This document shows, one piece after another, positions 37,257 through 48,350 of a DNA stretch of 64,000 bases. A model generated the notes under the pieces. The model saw only the letters and a list, made by a program, of their open reading frames with translations, did not search any database and was not told the origin of the DNA. The position numbers were made by a program, and so were the translations under genes. The stretch lies in assembly GCF_001194135.2 (NCBI RefSeq), contig NC_068984.1, positions 53,908,519 to 53,972,518 of the forward strand, written 5' to 3'. This DNA comes from Octopus bimaculoides. Taxonomy: Eukaryota. The number at the start of each line of letters is the position of its first letter. The stretch's first letter is position 1.

Positions 37257-37903
37257 AACCTACCTGCCTACCTACCTACCTACCTACCTCTCAACATATC
37301 TATCTACGCACACACACACACACATCACAATCATTATCACCACTTTAAAAGTGCTTTCCATGCTAGCATGAATTGAGCAGGTCATAATCCAAGTTAGTTC
37401 TTATTCAGTGTCACTAAACTTCTAGATGCATTGCATAACCATGTCTCACTTGTATGTTTGATTTTTGTTTTGGTTTCTATGGCTAGGTGCCCTTCCTATA
37501 TATGTTTTGATTCAAAGCTGTGTTGCTACTCGAAGTTTCATACACCAGTTGGGGCAGTTCAGTTTCTGTTGGAAACCCCCTTGGCATGACACAAACAAAT
37601 GAATAGATGTATAAAATATCTAGGTGGAACCTATTGCTTTTGTCTAGGTGGTTTTTGATCAAAATCGAATAGCCCCCAACAGGTGTGTGTGTGTGTGTGT
37701 AAAAACAAGCATCAAATATTTTATAATTAGTTATCTAAGATATAGGAACATGAAACTCCAAGAAGCAACTGTCACACATACAACTTTAAATAAATGTTAT
37801 GACTCAACATTACTCTGCTGAGCACTTCCTTTTACCCAATTGCTATCAAAATGGTGCAACTACCTTGTGTGCGTAACATCATCATCACCATAATATAAAT
37901 ATA

Positions 37904-37958
<55 letters not shown>

Positions 37959-38393
37959 NNNNNNNNNNNNNNNNNNNNNNNNNNNNNNNNNNNNNNNNNN
38001 NNNNNNNNNNNNNNNNNNNNNNNNNNNNNNNNNNNNNNNNNNNNNNNNNNNNNNNNNNNNNNNNNNNNNNNNNNNNNNNNNNNNNNNNNNNNNNNNNNNN
38101 NNNNNNNNNNNNNNNNNNNNNNNNNNNNNNNNNNNNNNNNNNNNNNNNNNNNNNNNNNNNNNNNNNNNNNNNNNNNNNNNNNNNNNNNNNNNNNNNNNNN
38201 NNNNNNNNNNNNNNNNNNNNNNNNNNNNNNNNNNNNNNNNNNNNNNNNNNNNNNNNNNNNNNNNNNNNNNNNNNNNNNNNNNNNNNNNNNNNNNNNNNNN
38301 NNNNNNNNNNNNNNNNNNNNNNNNNNNNNNNNNNNNNNNNNNNNNNNNNNNNNNNNNNNNNNNNNNNNNNNNNNNNNNNNNNNNNNNNNNNNN

Positions 38394-38436
<43 letters not shown>

Positions 38437-38439
<3 letters not shown>

Positions 38440-38543
38440 GCGATCACATGTAATGTTATAACATAATGGGTGAAGGACACTATATATATATATATATATA
38501 TATATCACACTTCACCTGTTGTAACATTACATATGATCTCTAC
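38437..38543. repeat. Imperfect palindrome centred on (TA)n
   Basis: gtagcgatcacatgtaatgttataacataatgggtgaa versus the reverse complement of the right arm, gtagagatcatatgtaatgttacaacaggtgaa. Confidence 0.8.
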
Positions 38544-38851
38544 TTTATTATGAGGGCTAATTTTAAAAGGATAACATCATTGATTCTTATTTTATAATAT
38601 CCTCTTCTGTCATGAGTATGAGATGATGTAATACTATGACTTTAAAAAAATAATGGTAACGTGTAGTTTGATTGCTTATCAGAAAATATCTTATTTTAAC
38701 AAATCCTCTCTTCTTTTTTTGATTTTACAAATCCTTTGTTTTTCTAAAACATCTTGTATAACTTACCTGTAATATTCTTTGAAATGATTTCTTTTGAATC
38801 CCTTCTTTTGCTCCTTCTGCTGTGTAACCATCTATTGTATCTTTTCTAAAG

Positions 38852-38890
38852 CCAATGCTGATGGTTCCGATACTGGATTGGCTCGGGCAG
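38852..38890 (+). CDS. Candidate 39-nt frame-preserving cassette exon of an unidentified host gene
   Basis: tgtatcttttctaaAG|ccaatgctgatggttccgatactggattggctcgggcag|GTaaaa. Phase-1 reading ANADGSDTGLARA; a second open frame reads PMLMVPILDWLGQ. GC-rich with retained CpGs inside unique AT-rich DNA. No homology recognised. Confidence 0.35.
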
Positions 38891-39673
38891 GTAAAATTGC
38901 ATCCTGTTCATTATACTTCTTACATAGTTTTCTGTAGCTATCAGTGCTAGTCTTTTTTGTGTGTGCGTGCTCTTTGTTTCATATTGCAATTTTTCCTTTC
39001 ATTTTCGTACGTTACGTACTTATTTTATCCTTGCGTTTTTGTTTTCATCCAATGTTTTGGCATGCTGTGGTGTTCACGTAGCAGCTATATCAGTTGGGAG
39101 ACATTAGATGCCTTCCATCTTTAGATGATTCTTTTAATTATTGTTATATTTAATTTTTTTTAACATTGAAATAGCATGGAGAATTATATTTTATTTTATT
39201 ATTATTATTTCTTTTTCCATTTTTCTTGATTGAGAAGTTTCTTTCACTTATAATTTTAAAACCCTTCACTGCCAAAAAATTTATAAAAGATGAACATATA
39301 TGACAAAACATAAAAGAATACATAAAATTGGATTCTGTCAAAAATGTTGCCAGAAAACACTTGGCTAATCTTTTCACTAATTTAAAATATATATTTAATT
39401 TATATTCTGCATTTTTAAAATTTAAACTAGCAAAAAAAAAAAAAAAGAAAAGAAAAAAGAAAAAAATGATAAATAAACACTTGCTTTTATCATGTCATCT
39501 CTCAGTAAAACAAATATTCAATGTCATTCAATTGTTAATGAAACAAATATACTAAGAATTATGCCATTGCATTTTTGATTAAGGAATCCCTAATTAATTA
39601 CCATGATTAAAAGAAATGATCATTTAGATCAGTTGAAATATGTTTGGGACATTTCACCAGTACAAAGGCCTTA

Positions 39674-39796
39674 TTCACTGCTGTTTGCTATTGAGAACTC
39701 TTGCTTCAGGCAATAGATGTTGTTGTTGGTGGTGGCGATGTTTTTTTTATACGTTGCTTAAAGTGAGAATTCTTGTCAACAGCAAACAGCAGTAAA
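39674..39796. repeat. Degenerate hairpin with about 45-bp arms
   Basis: ttcactgctgtttgctattgagaactc... versus ...gagaattcttgtcaacagcaaacagcagtaaa. Confidence 0.65.
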
Positions 39797-39980
39797 TGCA
39801 CTCTTTCTACAGGTCAAATATATCCCATACACATTTGAGCTGATCTAAATTTTATGTTTATTCATAACACTGCTTTTGCGTGCTTGCTACATTATATAAA
39901 AAAAAATTTCCTACTGAAGCAAGAATAACATTTGAAATGTTTACACTTCATACCTTGTGACATATAGTCACCTCTTACTG

Positions 39981-40015
<35 letters not shown>

Positions 40016-40061
40016 TTGGAAATGGATGTGTTGCTTTCAATTAAATAATAAATAATACACA

Positions 40062-40135
<74 letters not shown>

Positions 40136-40139
<4 letters not shown>

Positions 40140-40445
40140 AATAAGGAGAAAATGGAGAGGTAATTAATAAAATTATTTATTAATTATAAAATATGATAAC
40201 ATCTCTGACAGCTGTTTCGATTCAGAAATCTTTAGATAATTAATTTATAAAATTAAAATCATGAAAAGATGAATCTCTTCAGAGGTTGTAAAGACATACT
40301 GATTAGAAATATATGTTGAGATAATGGCTATAAACCGTTTATATGGTCACCTTATAGTTGAACTTTCTATAGGTAGGTAACTAGCCAGTATTTTCATTGG
40401 ATTTATGATCCCTTAATGAGGTTTATTACCTTTACTTGATTATAT
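40136..40445 (-). mobile_element. (TA)n-flanked non-coding element carrying an HHR (PLE pLTR-like)
   Basis: Bounded on both sides by (TA)n-type microsatellites and contains the HHR motif at 40198-40287. The PLE link is inferred. Confidence 0.55.
40198..40287 (-). ncRNA. Type I hammerhead ribozyme motif
   Basis: Minus strand: aacct-CTGAAGA-gattca(long AT-rich loop)tgaatc-GAAAC-AGCT-GTC-agagatgtt. Perfect 6-bp stem II, palindromic stem III and a GUC triplet; the 5' strand of stem I pairs only 2 bp unless a 4-nt deletion is assumed. Confidence 0.65.
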
Positions 40446-40487
40446 ATAATATATATGTGTGTGTGTGTGTATATATACATATGTATG

Positions 40488-40538
<51 letters not shown>

Positions 40539-40545
40539 ATGCATA

Positions 40546-41446
40546 TATGGGTACAGGACGTCACCAATGGTGCAAATAGAATGAAATACATAAATGAGAA
40601 AAACATAAGAAACAGGACAAGTTAACACAGAGGAAAGACCCTTCATCAGTTGTCGGCTGTCTGTCTACTCCTCCTTTCGAGCATTCAATGACAACATGAT
40701 ACTTCAAAGACAGTTGCTCCCATAAATTCTAAAATAAAATTTAGGATTTATGGAGGGTCAAAGTTAGGAACAAAAAGATGACAGTGCAGACATACAAGGA
40801 AACTGATGCATCCATTTCCAAGTAAGTTTATCTTCACCTTTTTGATGCCACTCTCTACTCTATACGGCTTTCTTCTTCCATCCTTCTCTAATTTCCTTTT
40901 TCTCCCGCTCCCTCTTTCACCGTTTTCTATCTGTGTATGTCTCTCTCTCCCCTCTTTCTCTTTCTCTCTCTCGTTGCCTACATGTGACAATCGTTCATCT
41001 TTCTTTTCCTCATGTGACCATCTTTCTTTTCCTCATGTGACCATCTTTCTTTTCCTGCACGGACATTCTATCTTTTCTCTTTTCAAAAAAAAAAAAAATG
41101 TTTCTCCCAGCATTCACTATTTTCCTCTCATTCTGGTCTATTGACCCACCATGTTTGGTTTCCTTGTATGTCTCCATTGTCATTTTTTGTTCCCTGCTTT
41201 GACCCTCTATAAATTCTAAATTTTATTTTAGAATTTATAGGAGCAACTATCTTTGAAGACTCATATTGTTGTTGGATGCTCGAAATGAGGAGTAAATAGA
41301 CAGCTGACAACTGATGAAGAGTCCTTTCTCTGTGTTAACTTGTCCTCCATTTTTTTCTCATTTACATATTTCACTCATTTTTGTTTCATTTGTTTATGTA
41401 TTTCATGTTATTTGCACCATTGGTGATGTCCTGTACCCATATATAC

Positions 41447-41450
<4 letters not shown>
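40546..41450. repeat. Head-to-head inverted pair of an about 260-300 bp element
   Basis: 40546-40805 (minus) and about 41155-41450 (plus) align throughout. Both end in gtcctgtacccatatat followed by (TA)n, and both contain an AT hairpin (ctataaattcta...tagaatttatag). CT-rich spacer of about 350 bp. Confidence 0.85.
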
Positions 41451-41495
<45 letters not shown>

Positions 41496-41917
41496 TATAT
41501 TTGTCTCTTATAGTTATATTTCAGTGGGTTTCCATTTTAATATTTTTATCATTGGAAATGTTTTTTTTTTGCTTCTCTGTTTTTCTAGACTCTAAGTTAT
41601 TGGAACTCTTTCATCATTATTAGTAATGTAGGGGGTTTGCTTTATTTTGAATTTGGTTTCACATAAAATGAAGAAAATCATTATTAATTTGAATCGATAA
41701 TATCTATGGAGTTTATATATATATTGTATATTCCAATTGTTTGAATATATTACTGCAATAATTGGGCCAGCAGTGCAGAGTGACCAGCTAAGCACAATAT
41801 TATATTTAGCATTCTTCCTCTATACACTAAATTCAAATATTGTCAAGGACAACTCAACCTTTGTATTATTCTGGAGTTGATAAACCAATAACATAGGAAC
41901 ATTGATTCAGTGAACTA

Positions 41918-42885
41918 TAAAGTCTGTCCAAAAATAAACTGGACTTTTGAGAAACAAAGTTATGATTTACAAATTAATAAAAACTGAATCCTTCAAAATG
42001 ATTCCCTTCATTTATGATGTGTTGTTTCTGATTCTTTTTCCAGTTATAAAATATCTTCTCAAAGCATTGTGCACAGTTCTCATAGCAGATTTTCTTGAAT
42101 TTTTTCTATTTTTAAATTGGTGACCTTTCAGATGAGTGGATATTGATTTTGTAAATGGAAAAAAATAGTGTGCTAGATCAACTCTGGAGGCTGAGAGTTT
42201 TCTTGTGTTTTTGCTTACAGCTTCTAATAAGCAGTAATGCATGAGCAGATGCATTGTCATAGTACAGCATCCTGGTTTTGTTTGTCCATACCTCTAGCCC
42301 TTTCTTTTGCCTTGCTTCTCTGAAATGCCTCAAGACTTTCCAGTAAAAACTCTTCAATGATTGTATGACTACTTGAAACAAACACATTATGGATGACATG
42401 CTTCCATTCCAAAAAGATGACCAACATCACTTTCACATTTCATTGTCGCTCTCATATTTTCTGTTTTTGCAATGAGGATCATCCAACCCACTGCAATGAC
42501 TACCTTTTTGCTTGGACATCATAGCCTGTACACCTGTATTTCATCATTATTTGAGTGATTAAATTGTTCTGTTTTTTTTTTTGCTAACAAATGTGGCATC
42601 AGGATGCATCTTAAATTTTGCTTTCAAAATCATGTGGCATTATCTTTTAAAGATGCCCCTTCTTTAGAAACTTCATAGATTCATGGATAGTTAGACAAAG
42701 ATTTTATGGCTCACAACATCCGTCTTTGCAGTGTGATCAATGTCTGTTGTTTTGTAATGTCATCCAGATTCAGAATGTTCTTTGGTGGATATTCTTCTCC
42801 AGTCTGTAACACTGATGCCACTTGCAACAAGGCAGGCAGCTCAAACATTCCTTCCCATCATCCTGTTGTAGCATTAGAAATATCT
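41918..42885 (-). mobile_element. Decayed mariner transposon, 5' end missing
   Basis: Minus-strand peptides EIFLMLQQDDGKECLS, a WVYGYD-like motif, VKVMLVIF, FYWKVLRHFREA...YYDNASAH and VDLAHYFF...LKGHQF; TIR-like taaagtctgtccaaaaataaactgg after TA at 41916-41917. Confidence 0.8.
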
Positions 42886-43259
42886 CAAGATGGGAAAGAT
42901 GACTTCCCTTTGCAAATACAGACAGGATACAGATGTGTGTCAATAGCCAGCTGGAGGAGATGTTCTCCTGGGGCTAAAAGCAACAGTAACATCCACCCTT
43001 AGGGGTCAGCCACATTTAAGTGGCAAATATACTTCACCTTGTCGTGCAGTTACTGTTAATACCTCATTCAGAGATTTAACATTGCTTGTTTTCACTTTTT
43101 CGAGATCAGTGAATAATTTCACTGGAAAAAGATATATGTATTTGCATCGGGACATTTTTCGCATCGAAGGTCAGCGATTGTCGTACGCTGAGGACGGGTA
43201 AATACCCAGAAACTCGAGTCCGTATGTATCGCAGATCAAGATGGGAAGGATGACTTCCC
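42885..43259 (+). mobile_element. 351-bp HHR-bearing monomer with 24-bp terminal redundancy (retrozyme/PLE-satellite-like)
   Basis: tcaagatgggaaagatgacttccc (42885-42908) recurs with 1 mismatch at 43236-43259. Non-coding, with several small hairpins. Homologous and circularly permuted relative to 63675-64000. Confidence 0.85.
43169..43237 (+). ncRNA. Type I hammerhead ribozyme
   Basis: Stem I cgtacg (43182-43187)/cgtatg (43221-43226), extended by gcgat/atcgc and ggtc/gatc; core CTGAGGA 43188-43194; stem II gggt-aaat-accc closed by a C.A mismatch; GAAA 43209-43212; stem III palindrome ACTCGAGT; predicted cleavage after GTC at 43220. Confidence 0.85.
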
Positions 43260-43269
43260 ATCATTTTAG

Positions 43270-43495
43270 CTTTCAAATGATGCCAACCTGCTGGATAGGC
43301 AAGCAGACCAACATTCCCTCAATCGAAAGTCTAGTCCATCACAGGGTTACGTATGAGTGCTGTCATAATTCTGAAGCAACTTCTCTTTTGGCCAACAAGT
43401 TTAAAAAGGCCAGAAGTACATGCCAATTACAACTAAGGCAAATGAAACAGACAGGGTGGCAAAAGAAGACACAAGAGTTGCAGGATGCTGTGGAC
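43270..43495 (+). mobile_element. RTE-clade LINE coding fragment
   Basis: Translation ...KFKKARSTCQLQLRQMKQTGWQKKTQELQDAVD resembles the RTE/Bov-B linker motif LRQMK..WW..KAEELQ.AAD (from recall). Confidence 0.65.
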
Positions 43496-43496
43496 T

Positions 43497-43838
43497 GGTT
43501 CTGGGTTCAGTCTCACTGTGCAGCATCTTGGGCTGACCAAAGTCTTGTGAGTGGATTTGGTAGATGGAAACTAAAAGAAGCCCATTGTGTGTATGTGTGT
43601 GTGTGTGTGTGTGTGTGTTTATGTATGTTTGCTGTGTCTTTGTGTTAGGGTTTGACAACTGGTGTTGGTGTGATTTTGTCCCTGGAACTTAGTGGTTTGG
43701 TAAAAGAGACTGACAGAATAAGTACCTGTCTTTAAAAAAATAAGTACTGGGGTCAAGTCATTCAACAAAAAATTCTTCAAGGCAGTGCTCCAGCATGGTC
43801 ACAGTCTAATGACTGAAACAAGTAAAAGATAAAAGATA
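43497..43838 (+). mobile_element. SINE family B
   Basis: Body with internal (TG)n and tail gactgaaacaagtaaaagataaaagata. Confidence 0.85.
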
Positions 43839-44756
43839 CATTTCTCAAAGCTTTTATCAACCAAATGAATTTCACTCACAAGATATTGGACACTCTGAGA
43901 GGCTACTGTAAAGATACTCAAGGTGTTGTCCAGTGAGACTGAACTCAATTTCATGCTTATATACATCAATTTATCTTGCCATCAATAAAATATAATTTAA
44001 TTTAACAGTATCCATACTGCAGATGCATAAAAGCATCTCTAATCCATAGACATGAAATCAATCCTACATGGATAGTGAAAAGACACATAAACATCTCTTG
44101 GATTTCACAATATAATGATGAGATCACATACAAACATTGCTGAGATTTTATGGTTGTCTGTGAGTGATGCGTTTATGCGCCACTGGGGTTTCATAGCTAT
44201 TGATAAGAGTCGCTTATATGTGTCTGTGCTATAAACAGTGTTAAATGTATAACAATAACATTAAAATTATAACTTGCAAATTATTCTAAGAAAATGTTTG
44301 ATATATAGTGATGTTTGCAAAAGAAAGACTGTTCTGTTGTTGATCAGAGTGAATGGTATGTGGCAAGTGAAAAATATGTCGTGAGACTGTAGTAGAATAC
44401 TTGAAGCTGAAGCATTTTTGGTGACACTTAGGATGAGTTAGTTAGATTGGGCCTCAAGATGTTGGGGTTCACTGTGGAGATGATAAATAATTAAGAGGCA
44501 TGAAAAGATATTGTAGTTCAGACCTGGTTAACTTACATCACTATGGGAAAGTGGTCATTAAACATTTAATAAAATGAGGAAGTTGTCTGTAATGCTGTTG
44601 CTGCTGATGGTGATGAGGGTGATGACGATGATGATGAGGAGGAGGGGAGATACGGTAGCTGTCTTTTAAATTGTCATCATTGTTCAACAAAAAGAGTTGA
44701 TTAATTTTCAAGGGATGTACTTTTAGGAAGTTGTACTTATCTAGTTATTTGCTCTG

Positions 44757-44792
44757 AGGCTCTATTTGAAACTAAGGCTCTATTTGAAACTA
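44757..44792. repeat. Exact 18-bp tandem duplication
   Basis: aggctctatttgaaacta occurs twice in tandem. Confidence 0.9.
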
Positions 44793-45192
44793 AAGCAGTT
44801 ACATCATGGAGGAGCCATTTTAACTTTATAAAAACACAGTAACAAAAAAGCTGTTGAATTCACTTTTCATTTATTTGTTGAGCTGTTAAAATTTTTGCAT
44901 TGGAACTGTGGTGTGATAAAAATTGGCACCTTATAAAATAAATGAATAGTGAATTTAACAGTTTTTGTGTGTGTTTGTGTTTAGTTAGCTAAATGGATTT
45001 TCTATGATGTCATTGTGAATTTTTAAATCCAAACTGTATTGCTGTTGGAATTATGAAAACCACTTATTTGCTATGAATACATTCAAAATACAGATTACTT
45101 GAAAGGAGAAAGGAACTTTCATTTATATTTATGATTGAGCTTGAGTGTGTCTATGATTTAAAAATCATATATATGCTCAACTGGCCTTCTGT

Positions 45193-45500
45193 CAGTTACC
45201 TTGATGAGGATTCCAGTTGATCCAATTAATGGAACAGCTTGCTGGTGAAATTAATGTGCAAGTGGCTGAGCATTCCACAGACATGCCTACCCTTAGTGTA
45301 GTTCTCAGGGATATTCAGCGTGACACAGAATGTGACAAGGCTAGCCTAATAAAATACAGGTACAATTTATTTTTACTAGTTGAGTGGACTGGAGCAAAAT
45401 GAAATAAAGTACCTTGCTCAAGGACACAATATACCAACAGGAATTGAACTCATGGCTTTACAATCGTGAGCTGAATACCCTAACCACTAATCCATGCCCC
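45193..45500 (-). mobile_element. Mosaic SINE (V-type module plus family A tail)
   Basis: Reverse complement has the same architecture as 16565-16871, with a tRNA-like head ending taaccactaatccatgcccc on the plus strand. Confidence 0.78.
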
Positions 45501-46305
45501 ATTACTGTTTCACTTTCATAGTTATAAGAATATTGGGCCTTAAACAGGAGTTGACTCATTTGTATTGCTGAGTTGTCGGTCTATCAAATATGAGTAGTGA
45601 AGAAAAAAAAATGCTGATATTAATTGAAAATGATGATCTGTATTTATATTTCAACATATTTAATTTTTCAAACTTTCTATGATTGTTGCTTAAAATTTCC
45701 TTCTCAAAAGTATAATATACAATGAAAGTGAAACATGAACAAGGAATACCTGAAATCATGCAATGATAGGAAATGGTCAAGGTGAGTGTGGCTCTTAATT
45801 GATGGGAAGTATTTAGAGCAGGTATGTTATGAAAGAAACAAGCATTGGCGACTTCAACCAAATGTGAGTAGAAGAAATAACAGCACTGGTATAATTTTAC
45901 ATACTGAAAGAAAAGTTAAACAGATGTGTAAAGAACCTATAATAAAGGTAGAGCAAAGAAGATATGGAATGCAATAAATAGATCTTTAGCAAAATGACTG
46001 AATCTGATCTCACAAAATTACGGTGTTGTATTGCAGAAAACAGTGTTATACTGAATATCTGCCCTGTCTATGCCAGCATTATTAAAACTGAAGGATAAAA
46101 CAGTAATAATAATATTGCTCACAATAATACTTCTTATTCTCCCATGAGTTAACTTTCTATTACAGTAATGTTGTCACAGTTGAGCTTTTGTTTGAGTCAA
46201 GCTGATTAATTCTCTTGCTAAAAGTAAAAACCATATTTGCTGTTGCATTTTAGTTGTGTAGTTTTTTTCTTCTTCTTTGATATACCAACACATCTATTTA
46301 TTTGG

Positions 46306-46574
46306 TGTGGAGGCGCAATGGCCCAGTGGTTAGGGCAGCGGACTCGCAGTCATAGGATCGCGGTTTCAATTCCCAGACCAGGCGTTGTAAGTGTTTATTG
46401 AGCGAAAACACCTAAAGCTCCACGAGGCTCCGGCAGGGGATGGTGGCGAACCCTGCTGTACTCTTCCACCACAACTTTCTCTCACTCTTAGCTCCTGTTT
46501 CTGTTGTACCTGTATTTCAAAGGGCCAGCCTTGTCACGCTGAATATCCCCGAGAACTACGTTAAGGGTACACGT
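46306..46574 (+). mobile_element. SINE family A, young copy cut by a gap
   Basis: tgtggaggcgcaatggcccagtggttagggcagcgg...; aligns to 852-1135 with more CpGs retained. Confidence 0.9.
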
Positions 46575-47083
46575 NNNNNNNNNNNNNNNNNNNNNNNNNN
46601 NNNNNNNNNNNNNNNNNNNNNNNNNNNNNNNNNNNNNNNNNNNNNNNNNNNNNNNNNNNNNNNNNNNNNNNNNNNNNNNNNNNNNNNNNNNNNNNNNNNN
46701 NNNNNNNNNNNNNNNNNNNNNNNNNNNNNNNNNNNNNNNNNNNNNNNNNNNNNNNNNNNNNNNNNNNNNNNNNNNNNNNNNNNNNNNNNNNNNNNNNNNN
46801 NNNNNNNNNNNNNNNNNNNNNNNNNNNNNNNNNNNNNNNNNNNNNNNNNNNNNNNNNNNNNNNNNNNNNNNNNNNNNNNNNNNNNNNNNNNNNNNNNNNN
46901 NNNNNNNNNNNNNNNNNNNNNNNNNNNNNNNNNNNNNNNNNNNNNNNNNNNNNNNNNNNNNNNNNNNNNNNNNNNNNNNNNNNNNNNNNNNNNNNNNNNN
47001 NNNNNNNNNNNNNNNNNNNNNNNNNNNNNNNNNNNNNNNNNNNNNNNNNNNNNNNNNNNNNNNNNNNNNNNNNNNNNNNNNNN

Positions 47084-47278
47084 ATATATGCATGTATATA
47101 TGTATATATATATATGTGTGTGTATCTATATATATATACATATGTGTATATATATATGTATATATATGTGTGTGTGTGTATATGTATATATACATGTGTG
47201 TATATATGTATATATACGTGTGTGTGTATATATATGCATATATAAATATATATATGCATGTGTATATATATATATGTA

Positions 47279-47309
<31 letters not shown>

Positions 47310-47366
47310 CTATATGTGCGTTAATATATATATGTATATATATATATGTGTGTATATATATGCATA

Positions 47367-47420
<54 letters not shown>

Positions 47421-47440
47421 TATACATATATATGGATATA
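47084..47440. repeat. Compound (TA)/(TG) microsatellite
   Basis: Alternating purine-pyrimidine low-complexity run next to a gap. Similar tracts at about 2040-2200, 32030-32480, 40067-40135 and 63360-63670. Confidence 0.95.
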
Positions 47441-48109
47441 GATATAACAATTTAAAAGATAAGCATATCACAATGGATAAAACTCTAAGTGGACTTTTCC
47501 TTTTTCTCTCTTTTTCTTTGTGATGTAATCTTGGGATTGCATTGCTTTGTGGCATATGAACAATCAAAATTTATCAAGACAGAAAATTTTTTTTATGACT
47601 GCTGAAATGCTAATTGATGTATATTTGTACCTGTTGAGAAATTGCAGTAAATGTTTAACCAGACATATTCCATTAGGAATTGTGAATAAATGTATACATT
47701 GTGACTAGCACTGCTGTGAAATTGCAGTTGTTCGGTGGACCATATGTTGCAGGAACTGCACCATGCATCCTGATATGCAAAGATTACATGTTATCTGACT
47801 GCAGATGAGGTGGTTCAGTACTGAGTCTATGTAAAACCAAACGAGTCGGAATATTTATTTGTGTCTTATCATTGGTTTATGGTAGATTTATAGACTCTGA
47901 GCATTGTTTATCTTTGATGATAAAATGTGATTCTTTATTTTTTATAATTCAGCTGGAATTCAAGCAAGAGAAGCTTTTGATATGAATGTTTGTCATTGTT
48001 AATCTATTAATCTATTAATTTTTATCTATTAATGTTACTCACCATTGTGCATATCTTTGAAGTCAGTATGTCTCTCCAGATCATGTTGTTATTTCTCTGC
48101 ATTGAAAGG

Positions 48110-48350
48110 TCAAAGCTCTGGTAGTACACAAAGAATTGCAAGCTGAATTCTTCAAGCCAAGCCAACTAGCAAGACACTTCACGGTAGATCAAGAATATGA
48201 TGGGTAGATAATATCCATAATCTCAGTTGATCATGCTTGGGAATCCAGCCAGAAAGTCTAATGATGGTTGATCTTCATAGGATATGTGGAGGTGGTGCCT
48301 AAGGTTTTTCCACCCCACAACCCTCCCAGAAATAGTGGGCAGGAAAGATC
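48110..48350 (+). mobile_element. RTE-clade LINE C-terminal fragment
   Basis: Translation HGRSRI*WVDNIHNLS*SCLGIQPESLMMV resembles the RTE C-terminal GRPRTRW.D...L.W..LGI.P motif (from recall). Confidence 0.65.

Noticed and set aside
37535-37685. Possible MITE with cagttggggc/gcccccaacag termini
   Set aside because: Terminal match is only about 70 percent over 17 bp, with no TSD and no second copy in the window.
41245-41325. Hammerhead within the 40546/41155 inverted pair
   Set aside because: The upstream core reads TTGAAG, stem I is one base out of register, and the downstream CTGATGA has no closing stem or GAAA; not supportable from these copies.
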